Below, piece by piece: positions 1 to 9,461 of a stretch of 32,000 nucleotides of DNA; within the stretch, counting starts at the first letter, position 1; every line of letters starts with the position of its first letter. Under the pieces are notes generated by a model, which saw only the letters and a list, made by a program, of their open reading frames with translations, made no database searches and was not told the origin of the DNA. A program made the position numbers and the translations under genes. The DNA is from Candidatus Kuenenia stuttgartensis (GTDB lineage: Bacteria > Planctomycetota > Brocadiia > Brocadiales > Brocadiaceae), in the NCBI RefSeq assembly GCF_900232105.1, contig NZ_LT934425.1, positions 2,100,001-2,132,000 on the forward strand, read 5' to 3'.

Positions 1-207
1 TAATGTATCTTCGCTTGTCTGCCATGGCAACCTTGCTCCATATCGCAGTGATTGGGCATCCCTTGAAAGAACAGCATATGCGCAATCACAAAGCCCTTTT
101 GGGGTAAATCCCGTTAAGGGAAATGAATCACCTTTCTTATAATAATTACAACTTCCTTTTTCTGCTACCGTTGCTACCACTTTGAAACTGGAACTTTTAC
201 ACTTCAC
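1..207 (-). CDS. Partial CDS (first 69 codons; continues beyond window start): small Cys-rich protein resembling the TIGR04076 family
   Basis: Not in the supplied ORF track (GTG start, no stop inside the window). The minus-strand frame is open from 207 to 1 and reads VKCKSSSFKVVATVAEKGSCNYYKKGDSFPLTGFTPKGLCDCAYAVLSRDAQSLRYGARLPWQTSEDTL. A GGAG lies 8 nt upstream of the GTG (205-207). The pattern GDxF...PxG(F/L)C...LxxGxx(F/L)PW matches my recollection of TIGR04076 proteins. Confidence 0.4.
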   Translation of the reverse strand, partial: MKCKSSSFKVVATVAEKGSCNYYKKGDSFPLTGFTPKGLCDCAYAVLSRDAQSLRYGARLPWQTSEDTL

Positions 208-370
208 AATAGGGACTCCAATAAATGTTAATGTGCCTCTTTTATTTTATAATAGTTCATTATATTTTATGAAATAAACGTATTGCAAGAACAAAAAACA
301 AACTTGACACAGAGCAACACTTTGGTTTTTTTAAAAACCTCAGCAAGATCAAACATTAGGCGAATCCGGG

Positions 371-1258
371 TTAATAGACTATTTGCTGAGTGTTTTTTTT
401 ATCGCATAAACTTTTTAAAAGGAGGTGTGTTTTATTGAAAAATTTTCTTTCGGCAGGATATTGCTCAAGATATTTGTCCAGATGGAGAAAGGCAAGTTCA
501 TACTCCTTTTTTGCAACGTAGTTATCGATAAGCAGGATCATCGGACGATTATCATCTGGAATACACATCATTGCCTGTTCGCAAAATCTGATTGATGCGT
601 CAAAATCCCCGTTAATATTGTGATTCCGGGCATTGTACAAGAAAATCTCTCCCACAAGTCCGATATCCTTCATGATCTTCTTTTTGGGATGATACCTGTC
701 CTTCTTTTTAACAATCCCATCGCTGTGCGTGTGTTCAAATAAATATTCATGAGTATTATCAGAAACCATATTATAAATATGGCCGGGAACAAAAATATTT
801 TTTACGTCAATGTCAAAATGCCGGCATAGAATGGTAAATCGTATTGCATAGGAAAGACAATTCCCGACCTTTATATTGAGAGTATCCTTGAAATCGTAGC
901 AATCCCTGTATATTCCTTCGCACGCATACTCTTTTAGCCAGGCAAAGATTATTTTGGCTTTTTCAATAGGATTATCAATGTTATTGACGTCAGTTTCTTT
1001 TGTAATTCGCGAAATAAGAAGGTCGATTTTTTTCTGATACGCCTGAATCTTTTTATCACTATGTACGCCCGAAGCGATAAGGCATGCGCGGTCAAACGGC
1101 ATATCAAGACAGTTGTCTTTAATATCCCTGAGAAGAGACATTTCGCTCTCATTGTATGCATATTGACTTGTCGGATACGTTTGCCGGGCTGGTTGGCAAC
1201 CAGGGAAAAAGAAGAAGTGTATGAGACAAAAAAGGAGCGGCAAGAAAGTTTTTTTCAT
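371..1258 (-). CDS. Lipoprotein with transglutaminase-like Cys-protease core and C-terminal TPR-like helices (SirB1-like architecture)
   Basis: 295-aa ORF. The N-terminus MKKTFLPLLFCLIHFFFFPGC looks like a signal peptide plus lipobox Cys. VGNCLSYAIRF...FVPGH fits the transglutaminase-core G-x-C-x-x-(F/Y)-A ... H spacing. Its start lies 3 nt after the stop of the response regulator, suggesting the same operon. Confidence 0.55.
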   Translation of the reverse strand: MKKTFLPLLFCLIHFFFFPGCQPARQTYPTSQYAYNESEMSLLRDIKDNCLDMPFDRACLIASGVHSDKKIQAYQKKIDLLISRITKETDVNNIDNPIEKAKIIFAWLKEYACEGIYRDCYDFKDTLNIKVGNCLSYAIRFTILCRHFDIDVKNIFVPGHIYNMVSDNTHEYLFEHTHSDGIVKKKDRYHPKKKIMKDIGLVGEIFLYNARNHNINGDFDASIRFCEQAMMCIPDDNRPMILLIDNYVAKKEYELAFLHLDKYLEQYPAERKFFNKTHLLLKSLCDKKNTQQIVY

Positions 1259-1261
1259 GTG

Positions 1262-1627
1262 TTATTCTATTTTTCTTTTAATAACCTCCATTAATCGTTC
1301 CTGAGTGAAGGGTTTTTCCAGATATGATACATCAGGGTCGATCTCAAATATTGTTTTATTCGAGTGGGGAGAAAAACTGCTGGCAACAATAACAGGGATA
1401 TCTTTGTATGGTGGACTGGATTTTAGTTGTTTGAGGAATTCATCGCCGGGCAATTTATCAAGCAATAAGTCGAGAATGATGAGATCCGGTTTCTCTGTTT
1501 CTATCATTTCCAATGCCTGTTTCCCGTCAAGGGCGTGAACGATGGTGTAATCAGTATCTTCAAGCATCATTTCGTAAAAAAAGAAAAACTCCTGCTCGTC
1601 TTCAACAATAAGTATTTTTTTACTCAA
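1262..1627 (-). CDS. Stand-alone response regulator (CheY-like receiver domain only)
   Basis: 121 aa. It has the acidic pocket ILIVEDE, phospho-acceptor context DLIILDLLL, and downstream PVIVASS and K-P motifs typical of REC domains. There is no output domain. Confidence 0.9.
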   Translation of the reverse strand: MSKKILIVEDEQEFFFFYEMMLEDTDYTIVHALDGKQALEMIETEKPDLIILDLLLDKLPGDEFLKQLKSSPPYKDIPVIVASSFSPHSNKTIFEIDPDVSYLEKPFTQERLMEVIKRKIE

Positions 1628-1660
1628 GTATCGCTCCTTTTTAATGAAATAGTGCCTTGT

Positions 1661-3736
1661 TTAGGAATTTTCGGACGGCGCCACCGGTAGTGTAAATTTG
1701 AAAGAAGCTCCTTTTCCAATGCCTTCGCAATCAACCCAAATCCTTCCTTTGTGTGCCTCGACAATATTTTTGCATAGTGCAAGCCCCACCCCGGAACCAT
1801 ACATAGTGGGATGTTCCTGGAAAAATCTTTCAAACAGTTTAGAATATTCTTCTTTGGGAAGCCCAATACCCATCCCGGTGTCTTCAACGGATATTTCCAG
1901 ATAAGAACCTTTGCATTTCCCATAAATATTAATACTGCCACTCTCCGTATATTTTATTGCATTATCGATCAGATTAATAAGTACACGTGAAATCTCGTTT
2001 TTGTCGCCAATGGTCACAGGTAAATTTCCTGAAGAATGATATGTTAATGTCAACCCCTTTTTTTTCGCCAGAAGCTTCATGCCCATAACAGTTTGATGAA
2101 TAATTTCTTCCATTTGTATGGGTTCTTTTTTAAAGACGAAGCGGCCTGATTCAAGGACGGATAAATCGAGTATACTTTCAATCGTTTTCCTTAACCGTTG
2201 CAAACTGCTGTGGATAATTTGTTCGAATCTTTCTTCTTTTGAACGGTCGAGACTATCTTTTTTAATCTCATTCGTCCATAAATCTATGGCCATTTGTACT
2301 TGTGCAACAGGAGACTTTAATTCATGAGACACGTCCCGAATCATTTTGTCTTTCATTTGATCGAGGGTGAGTAATTCTTTGTATGCTTTTTCCAGATCAT
2401 GGCTTTGTTTTTCAAGTTCTTTGTTTATTTGTGTCAGGTCCTTTGTGCGCTCTTCTATAATTTTCTCCAGATTGGAAGTGTATTCTTCCAGTGCGTGTGT
2501 TTTTTCTTCGACAAAGTCCGCCATTTTGTTGAAGAATTTTGATAATTCACCTATCTCGTCTTTTGCGGAGATGTTAACGCGTTTGCTGAAGTCGCCTTCA
2601 GAGATGCTTTTTGTCACATCGGTAAGATATACAATAGGCTCTGAGATTTTTTTCCCGAAGACGAATGCAAAAGATACAACGGCCAACGTGAGTAAAAACA
2701 AAATCGAGAAGGTTATTCTATGTAATTTTTTGACAGACACATACCATTCATCTTTGTCGATTTCTGCAATAATTCCCCATTCCAGTTCTGGCAACCATTG
2801 CCAGAACCCCAGAACGGTTTTTCCCCGGTAATCAATATAGCCATTTGCATCATATCCGGAACCGCCTTTTAAACATTCCGCAACGCCTTTTGTAAAATTG
2901 CCGGTAAAGGGGGCGATTAATTTTAATTCAAGGGTTGTTCTTTGTTTTACCAGTCCGAAATCTTTGAGAGAACTTAAAAACTTTGATTCAGAGATCATAT
3001 ACCCTTCTTTGTTAATGAGATATGTCTCTCCTGTTTTTCCAAGACGAACACTTCTCATGAGTTTATTGATTTCCATGACATCGATTCGCAGACACACGAC
3101 GCCGATAATCTTACGTTCATATATTACCGGGGTAGTAATAAACAGCGTTGGCATGCCTTGCTCCAAACTACTATATTCGTTTATGATGGGAATTACAGAG
3201 GGAACTATTGGTGATACATATGTCGTACCTATTATTGCCTGTTTAAAGAATTCAAAGCCGGACACATTGGTAATAACTTTCCCGGTTGAAGTGGTAATCT
3301 TTAAATCTCCGTTTCTGTCACAAATAAAGATTTCTTTATAACGGTAAGTGTCTCTCGTGTATTTTAGATGGTGTAGCAGCCTGTAAAAATTTTCGCTGCC
3401 TTCAGATTTATAGATTACGCCGGGGACGTTAGGATTTTCGGCAATCAACCAGATGTCCGCCTTTCGTTCTTCAATCCATTTTTCGATAAGTTCCGCCTGT
3501 TTATGGCCGATACTGTCGAGGTTTTGGATTAAAGCATCACGCAAAGCATGTTCTTCCTTTGGATAAATATATACTATCGTAATAAAGATGGGAAAGGTGG
3601 AAAGAAGGATTGAAGAGAAAATAATTTTTTGCTTTATGGAAGTAAAAGAAAAAAAATGAAAATTATGAGCTATTGCGGAGCAGTAGTTTTTCAGGTGCGA
3701 ATAATGTTTCAATAACTGTTGCAGTAAGTTCTCCAT
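1661..3736 (-). CDS. Sensor histidine kinase (TM - Cache-like periplasmic domain - TM - HAMP - coiled coil - HisKA - HATPase_c)
   Basis: 691 aa with two hydrophobic segments flanking a ~270-aa extracytoplasmic region. HAMP-like segment: DFSKRVNISAKDEIGELSKFFNKM. H-box SHELKSP, N-box LINLIDNAIKYT, G1 VEDTGMGI, G2 GSGVGLALCKNIV. Confidence 0.9.
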   Translation of the reverse strand: MENLLQQLLKHYSHLKNYCSAIAHNFHFFSFTSIKQKIIFSSILLSTFPIFITIVYIYPKEEHALRDALIQNLDSIGHKQAELIEKWIEERKADIWLIAENPNVPGVIYKSEGSENFYRLLHHLKYTRDTYRYKEIFICDRNGDLKITTSTGKVITNVSGFEFFKQAIIGTTYVSPIVPSVIPIINEYSSLEQGMPTLFITTPVIYERKIIGVVCLRIDVMEINKLMRSVRLGKTGETYLINKEGYMISESKFLSSLKDFGLVKQRTTLELKLIAPFTGNFTKGVAECLKGGSGYDANGYIDYRGKTVLGFWQWLPELEWGIIAEIDKDEWYVSVKKLHRITFSILFLLTLAVVSFAFVFGKKISEPIVYLTDVTKSISEGDFSKRVNISAKDEIGELSKFFNKMADFVEEKTHALEEYTSNLEKIIEERTKDLTQINKELEKQSHDLEKAYKELLTLDQMKDKMIRDVSHELKSPVAQVQMAIDLWTNEIKKDSLDRSKEERFEQIIHSSLQRLRKTIESILDLSVLESGRFVFKKEPIQMEEIIHQTVMGMKLLAKKKGLTLTYHSSGNLPVTIGDKNEISRVLINLIDNAIKYTESGSINIYGKCKGSYLEISVEDTGMGIGLPKEEYSKLFERFFQEHPTMYGSGVGLALCKNIVEAHKGRIWVDCEGIGKGASFKFTLPVAPSENS

Positions 3737-3815
3737 ACGCCACGCGCTAAAATAATGCTAAAATGTCATGTTTGTAAAACGTAATTTGAGGCCGAAATTA
3801 TTTAGAAGTTGTTTT

Positions 3816-5708
3816 CTATTGGGATTTTTTTCTTATAAAAGAAGGAATGTTTTTCAAGTGTTGGTCAATTATTTCATTGGTAATTTCTTTTACCCCTATT
3901 TTTAGAGCAAAATCTTCAATTGATTTCTTTGCCTTGCTGCGAATGAACACCGGAATTCTTTTCAGGCGGATTTCGGCGTCTTCTGTCCATACAGGTGCTG
4001 TTTGCAATGTCTTTTTATTAATGGCAGAGTTGTTTAAATATGCCTGAAATTTTTTAATAATGCCGTCATTTTTGATAGTGCGTTCATTAAGAAATGCCTT
4101 GATTTTATCAACAACTTCTTTTTTATGGGAACCGGTAAATTTTTGCTTTGCTTTGTCCCACGCTTCCATACGAAGTTCATCAAAACCGATGTTTTTAATG
4201 CGTTGCGATGCAAGCATCATTGATTCGTCCCGTATCGCAGAAAGGAATTGAGAGCTGATTTCGTGGTAACCGTGCTGCATCGCTTTTTTTTGCATAAGTT
4301 TGTAAATTCCCGGACGTACAAAATCCGGCGCGTTTAAAACGCGTTTCTTTGCTTCTTCAGACCATGGTATTTCATTATTTTCAGGATTTTCCGGTACAAT
4401 ATCTTCGGGATGTTCAGATACGGGTTTTGTTGTGGCAGCGTCCGGGAATGCTGTTTTATTGTTCGACATCATTTCTTCCCGCGCTGCCCTCATAACCCAG
4501 AGCGTTATTTCCTGATAATTATTTTGCGCTGCAAAACGTTCCACATTTTTTATAATCATTCCTCTTCCGAAAGAAGGTATTTGTTTCAGGATGGCGTGTG
4601 CTTCATGGCTCCAGTCCATGGTAAAACATTCTTCCGTGCCAAAGGTTTCAGAAGGTTTCAGTTTTATTACTTTGCTGCCCGACTTTCCAGGAATATAATT
4701 ACACCAGGGATCTTCATCCATTTGGTTGTCTGTTGCGGTAAGGGCGCGGGCCCGGCATCCTTTGCAAATTTCTTTAAATTCACATATTCCGCATCTCCCG
4801 TTTAAATCAGCATGCCGTAAAGTTTGAAATCCGGCATTGTTGTTCCATATATCAACAAAACTTTTTTCTCTGACGTTTCCGCTAATGTCGGGTATGTATG
4901 GGCAAGGGGTGACGTTTCCTTCAGGGGTTATTCTGCAGTAATGTGTTCCCGCAGGACATCCACCGGCATATGTTCTTATCAGCGGCGAATTATTGTCATG
5001 TTCATATACAATTCTTCGGTAGTGCGGGGCGCATTTTGCACCAACCATCATCTTTCCCTTATATTTTTCATGAAGGGTGTACAGTTGCCGCAATGTTTGA
5101 TCGTACTGTTCCGGTGTGATATCGGTTAAATCCTGCCCTTTGCCGGTGCATACCAAAAAAAACAAGTTGAACACCTTAGCGCCGAGTTTATAGGAAAAGT
5201 CGATAATATCGGAAATCTCCGTAATGTTATCCCGTGTAACAGTAGTTTGTATTTGAAATCCTATTCCCTGACGGCGGCACGCTTCTATTCCATTGAGAGT
5301 ATCATCCCATGCGCCGGTTATTCCCCGAAAGGTATCGTGTTTTTCCGGGTGAATAGAATCGAGGCTGATGCCTACCCCTGAGACCCCGCATAGCTTTAAC
5401 CTTTTTGCTTTATCATCGTCGATTACGTTTCCATTTGTTCCCAATACTACCATCATGCCTTTTTTAGATGCGTAATGCGATAAATCATAAATGTCATTTC
5501 TTAAAAGCGGTTCCCCTCCTGTCAAAATGAGTAAAAGATTGGGGTTGAGCTCCGCCATTTGATCGATAAGTTTGAATCCCTCTTTTGTATCAAGTTCATA
5601 GGGAGATTTTTTGGTTAATGCATTGGCGTCGAGATAACAATGGTCGCATTGTAAATTACAACGATAGGTTGTGTTCCATGAAATGGCGTATGGTTTGTAT
5701 TGCATCAA
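3816..5708 (-). CDS. Radical SAM/SPASM enzyme of the NirJ/AhbD-like type with three C-terminal PCP_red-like modules
   Basis: 630 aa. It has the CNLQCDHC (CxxxCxxC) radical-SAM cluster motif, GGEPLL, and C-terminal Cys clusters CPAGTHYC...PCPY and CGICEFKEICKGCRARA (SPASM/twitch type). Three repeats of W(S/T)xEA...(I)PxF(V/I/G)R...EIT follow at aa ~364-410, 447-495 and 572-620. Confidence 0.85.
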   Translation of the reverse strand: MMQYKPYAISWNTTYRCNLQCDHCYLDANALTKKSPYELDTKEGFKLIDQMAELNPNLLLILTGGEPLLRNDIYDLSHYASKKGMMVVLGTNGNVIDDDKAKRLKLCGVSGVGISLDSIHPEKHDTFRGITGAWDDTLNGIEACRRQGIGFQIQTTVTRDNITEISDIIDFSYKLGAKVFNLFFLVCTGKGQDLTDITPEQYDQTLRQLYTLHEKYKGKMMVGAKCAPHYRRIVYEHDNNSPLIRTYAGGCPAGTHYCRITPEGNVTPCPYIPDISGNVREKSFVDIWNNNAGFQTLRHADLNGRCGICEFKEICKGCRARALTATDNQMDEDPWCNYIPGKSGSKVIKLKPSETFGTEECFTMDWSHEAHAILKQIPSFGRGMIIKNVERFAAQNNYQEITLWVMRAAREEMMSNNKTAFPDAATTKPVSEHPEDIVPENPENNEIPWSEEAKKRVLNAPDFVRPGIYKLMQKKAMQHGYHEISSQFLSAIRDESMMLASQRIKNIGFDELRMEAWDKAKQKFTGSHKKEVVDKIKAFLNERTIKNDGIIKKFQAYLNNSAINKKTLQTAPVWTEDAEIRLKRIPVFIRSKAKKSIEDFALKIGVKEITNEIIDQHLKNIPSFIRKKSQ

Positions 5709-6115
5709 TAATTTCTATGGAATAAATTGAATTTCAGTGTATTCATTTTAAAATAAAAGACCGGTTTGTTTTGAGTATTGTACAAACGGGTTTCTTTATC
5801 TGCATCCCTTGCACATCATATACATACAGTAAAGTTTCTAGTCAAAATATATAAAATAAAAGAAAAAAAAACAATCATATAATCAAAAGAAGAAGGGACG
5901 GGGGCTTCGGTTTTAAGCATTTTTTGGCAAAATATTTAATGGTGAGATACGAAATACGCAACAAATTCTAAATTCATTCAGTTGTATAAAATTCAATTGT
6001 AAAAAAAATGCGTATGAAGTAAATTGCCTTGAATCCATTGGGATTGCTGATAGAATGAAAAAAGACACCTTTTTACAGTCAGTTCGTTCATTTTAATGTG
6101 GAGATAATAAAATTA

Positions 6116-6850
6116 ATGAAAGTGATTATAAATAATTTGAATAAAGTAGTTCCCTGTGTCCTGATGCTCTTTGTTTTCTACGGATGCGGCAAGCCTCAAT
6201 CCCCGGATAATATTGAGGCAAAGGATGCGGGTAATGTTGTTGAAGGTTATGCTGCATCGCAGGAAGAAAAAAAGATAGTCAAAATTCCTGAAAATATGAC
6301 CGCGGAACAATATTATAATTATGGATTGGACAATATTAAAAAAGGGCAATTTGACGTATCAATTGCGGCATGGGAAAAAGCGATAGAGTTAGACCCGGCA
6401 ATGGTGGCGGCATACGAAAAACTGGGAAAGGCGTATTATACGCAGGGTGAGTTTGATAAAGCCGGCCGCATTTATAGAAAAGCTATTGAGTTTGATCCCT
6501 ACAATACAATGTTATATTTTAGTTTGGGGGTTGTGTACCGGATGAATTTGCAATATGAGGATGCAATTGATGCGCAACTGAAGGCATTATCACTGGACCC
6601 GAATCTCGCTATAGTCTATAATGAAATGGGCTTGATTTATTGTAAACAAAAGAGATTGGATGAAGCCGTTGCCGCTCATAAAAAGGCTCTTGAGCTCAAT
6701 CCAAACCTGGGGAATGCGCACAATTATCTTGGTGTTGTTTATTTGTTGAAGGGTATGAGTAAAGAAGCAGAAATGGAATTTGCTGAATACAAAAAATATG
6801 AAGCTGGCGGCAATATGCCTTCAGGTCATGGTGCACCTTCTGCTCACTAA
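6116..6850 (+). CDS. TPR-repeat lipoprotein
   Basis: The ORF track starts at GTG 6098. I prefer ATG 6116, which gives MKVIINNLNKVVPCVLMLFVFYGCG (signal peptide plus lipobox Cys). At least four 34-aa TPR units follow (e.g. AAWEKAIELDPAMVAAYEKLGKAY, YRKAIEFDPYN, LKALSLDPNL, HKKALELNPNL). Confidence 0.75.
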   Translation: MKVIINNLNKVVPCVLMLFVFYGCGKPQSPDNIEAKDAGNVVEGYAASQEEKKIVKIPENMTAEQYYNYGLDNIKKGQFDVSIAAWEKAIELDPAMVAAYEKLGKAYYTQGEFDKAGRIYRKAIEFDPYNTMLYFSLGVVYRMNLQYEDAIDAQLKALSLDPNLAIVYNEMGLIYCKQKRLDEAVAAHKKALELNPNLGNAHNYLGVVYLLKGMSKEAEMEFAEYKKYEAGGNMPSGHGAPSAH

Positions 6851-7028
6851 GGGAATTGGAAAGGCGTGTCAATTTTGCGGAAAAATTCTTTAATTGAGAT
6901 TTGGTATTGCAATGTGTGGATGCTACGTTGTTATATGAATTTACACTCAGGTGTTGGTCGCTTAATGTCCGGCGCCATGATGAACAATGGTCGTGCCTTG
7001 CAATTGTTTCCCTTATGAATAAGCGCAA

Positions 7029-7232
7029 CTAGTCGGAATGATCCTGCTTTTCCATGTATTTTAAGAGTGCCATTTGTGTGATGGCAAATTCTTCTATTTT
7101 TCTGGACTTATGTAAAACGTGAAGCCAGTCTTCCGTTGTGCCGTAAGGGCCTCCTTCATTTTTTAATGTTTTCTCTAAATTCTTTAAATCTAATTCCAAT
7201 AACTCGAGTCTGTTCTTTATTTCTTTCATCAT
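7029..7232 (-). CDS. Small hypothetical protein (67 aa, predicted helical/coiled-coil)
   Basis: The ORF lies 66 nt downstream of the TPR lipoprotein gene on the same strand. It has heptad-like LELLELDLKNLEKTLK. I recognise no family. Confidence 0.4.
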   Translation of the reverse strand: MMKEIKNRLELLELDLKNLEKTLKNEGGPYGTTEDWLHVLHKSRKIEEFAITQMALLKYMEKQDHSD

Positions 7233-7298
7233 TAGTAGCTCCTGCTGTATTGACTAATTTGCCGGTTTCGCACAGACTCACGGGAAATAGTAAATTCA

Positions 7299-7985
7299 TC
7301 ACTTTCCTTTTTTGTCCAGCCCTTTAGCACGGTATGCGAGAACTAGTTTTTTTTGGAGCGCCTTATCTTCCGGTTTAAACCCTAATGCTTTTTTGTATTC
7401 ATCAATGGCTTCATCAATTGCACCTGATGAAAAATAAACATCGCCAAGATTATAATGAATATTTGCCCTTTGCAGGGTTTTATTTGCCGGAATAAGGTGC
7501 AACGATTGTTTATATTCATTTGTCGCATCACTGTACAGTCCTTTGCTTTGATAAGCATACCCCAGGTTGTAATGTGTTTCCGGCGAGCCTGGATTCTGGG
7601 CAAGGTCTGTTTGAAAGGCGCATATTGCCTCGTCCTGCAACCCCATGTCACGATATAACAAGCCAAGGTAATAATAAATCCTGGGATAGCGGGTATCGTT
7701 TTCCAGTATTTCGTTATATGCGGCAAGCGCTTCTGAGTAGTTTCCCTGATTTCCACATGCAAGGGCGAATTGAAAAATCTCGTCTTTGCTCATTTGTTTT
7801 AATTTTGCACCGATGTTTTGCCGGGTGGGATTTGCTTTGTTTGTGTCGGTCTGAGCATTTTTAACGGCGTAATTTGCCGGAGCATAAAGCGTCCCTATGT
7901 TTGCGTATTTGGGATCTTCTTTGCCGCATCCAAGAACCGAACAAAAACAAAATAAACTACATAATATAGGGTAAGCAACTTTCAT
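7299..7985 (-). CDS. TPR-repeat lipoprotein
   Basis: 228 aa. MKVAYPILCSLFCFCSVLGCG looks like a signal peptide plus lipobox. TPR units include AAYNEILENDTRYPRIYYYLGLLY, FQTDLAQNPGSPETHYNLGYAY and YKKALGFKPED. Confidence 0.75.
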   Translation of the reverse strand: MKVAYPILCSLFCFCSVLGCGKEDPKYANIGTLYAPANYAVKNAQTDTNKANPTRQNIGAKLKQMSKDEIFQFALACGNQGNYSEALAAYNEILENDTRYPRIYYYLGLLYRDMGLQDEAICAFQTDLAQNPGSPETHYNLGYAYQSKGLYSDATNEYKQSLHLIPANKTLQRANIHYNLGDVYFSSGAIDEAIDEYKKALGFKPEDKALQKKLVLAYRAKGLDKKGK

Positions 7986-8165
7986 ATTTCATTTGGCAGT
8001 AAAAAAAATTTTGGAGATCTAATCTCAATAGGGTAAATGAAACATGCGTGATTTTCAAGGAAAATAAGTGGCATTATCAATGTAAATTAACTGTTTGAAA
8101 AAGGATATGGAATTTATTAGCAGTGAGAGCAACAAAGGTTTGCGGGCGTTTTATAAACGTATTTA

Positions 8166-9461
8166 GGCTCTGTAAATAAATAAAGGTATCAACTTTTCAC
8201 TATTGCTTTTGGTCTTATGACGTAGTTCCAGTCGCCGTGAAATTTATTGCGCTCCACATTGATGTTTTCCATTTCTTCATCACTAACCTTTCGTCCTGTC
8301 GGATATTTCCGGCGATCCAGCCTACAGGTTACTTTCAGTCCCTTTGCAGTGGTCGTTTTGGCGATAAGATTGACGATCGTTTCGTAATCCCGCAACGGTT
8401 CACCCCGCCAATTTGACGTAATAAAGGAAAAGAGTCGGTGCTCGATCTTGTTCCATTTGCTGGTTCCAAGAGGAAAATGACAAACTGAAATACACAGACC
8501 GGTTTGATCAGCAAACTTCTGCAATTCCAACTTCCATAGTCTCAAGCGCGACCCATTACTCCCCCCGCCATCGGCTGTGATCAGAATCATGTTCGCATCC
8601 GGATAAAGCCGCCGTCCTTCAAAACGCCACCATCCGCGAATCGACGCTACCGCAAATGCGCCGGTATCATGGTCGGTTCCAACATTGACAAAACCGGAAT
8701 TGCGCCCGAGGTCGTAGATACCGTAAGGATAGGCGCGTGGGACTTCTGGGTTGGGAAAGTCGTGGCCTTGAACCTTCCTCGGTTGTTTTGTAGGAAGCCA
8801 CTGTTGACCGGCATTGTCGTAGTTGCCGATGAGTTCTTTCTTCTTTGTGTCCACTGAAATCACAGGAACGCCTTGCTTCAGACACTTCTTTACCGCGGCA
8901 TTGATATGCCGGAATTGCTCATCGCGATCCGGATGGTCTGCTCCCTCTTCCGTCTTCCGGTTGCTCTGCAGACTATAGTTCAGATCGTTGAGTATCTGCG
9001 CCACCTTCGCGTGACTGACCGGATACTTCTTCCTGGCGAGTTGCGCGGCAATCGTCCGCGTACTCTTGCAAATCCATCGCAGGGGAGATTCCGGATCGCC
9101 GCGTGTTTGGCTATCGATCATTGCTTCCAGCGCCTCCAACAAACGCGGGTTCGATTCTGTGAGGGATTTGCGACCAGCGCCAGGGCGACGAATGCGACCA
9201 GCCGGAGGCACTATCCCTTTTTGAATCTCGTCAATTCCCTTGGCAATGGCTTTGCGCGACAAACCACATGCGCGGTGGACCTCAGAGATTCCACCAAAAC
9301 CCAAACTTAAGGCTTCATTTGCTGCCATGACACGGCGCGTACGCTCATCCAATAACGGCCATACCGCATGCAACTTCTGTTTCAATCCAAGTGGAGTATA
9401 CATGGACTGAAAGTATAGCATTACCCTGCGCCAATTGCTACCTTTATTTATTTACAGAGCC
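8166..9461 (-). mobile_element. Complete ISAzo13-like insertion sequence (1296 bp)
   Basis: Perfect 23-bp terminal inverted repeats: GGCTCTGTAAATAAATAAAGGTA at 8166-8188 and its reverse complement at 9439-9461. TTA flanks both ends (8163-8165, 9462-9464). It carries a single transposase ORF. The body is visibly more GC-rich than the neighbouring DNA. Confidence 0.85.
8189..9421 (-). CDS. ISAzo13-family (DDE_Tnp_ISAZ013 / 'Rhodopirellula transposase') transposase
   Basis: 410 aa. It has an N-terminal HTH-like region, and ISVDTKKKELIGNY...ITADGGGSNGSRLRLWK...CHFPLGTSKWNKIEHRLFS is the characteristic DDE core of this family as I recall it. Confidence 0.9.
   Translation of the reverse strand: MLYFQSMYTPLGLKQKLHAVWPLLDERTRRVMAANEALSLGFGGISEVHRACGLSRKAIAKGIDEIQKGIVPPAGRIRRPGAGRKSLTESNPRLLEALEAMIDSQTRGDPESPLRWICKSTRTIAAQLARKKYPVSHAKVAQILNDLNYSLQSNRKTEEGADHPDRDEQFRHINAAVKKCLKQGVPVISVDTKKKELIGNYDNAGQQWLPTKQPRKVQGHDFPNPEVPRAYPYGIYDLGRNSGFVNVGTDHDTGAFAVASIRGWWRFEGRRLYPDANMILITADGGGSNGSRLRLWKLELQKFADQTGLCISVCHFPLGTSKWNKIEHRLFSFITSNWRGEPLRDYETIVNLIAKTTTAKGLKVTCRLDRRKYPTGRKVSDEEMENINVERNKFHGDWNYVIRPKAIVKS

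Noticed and set aside
1624-1941. 105-aa minus-strand ORF overlapping the 3' end of the histidine kinase
   Set aside because: It lies out of frame inside the well-supported HATPase_c domain coding region.
3816-5708. Link between the radical-SAM enzyme and ladderane lipid biosynthesis (if the host is an anammox bacterium)
   Set aside because: Nothing in the sequence supports it. The neighbours are signalling and lipoprotein genes, not fatty-acid synthesis genes. The enzyme looks NirJ/AhbD-like, and the host assignment itself is a guess.
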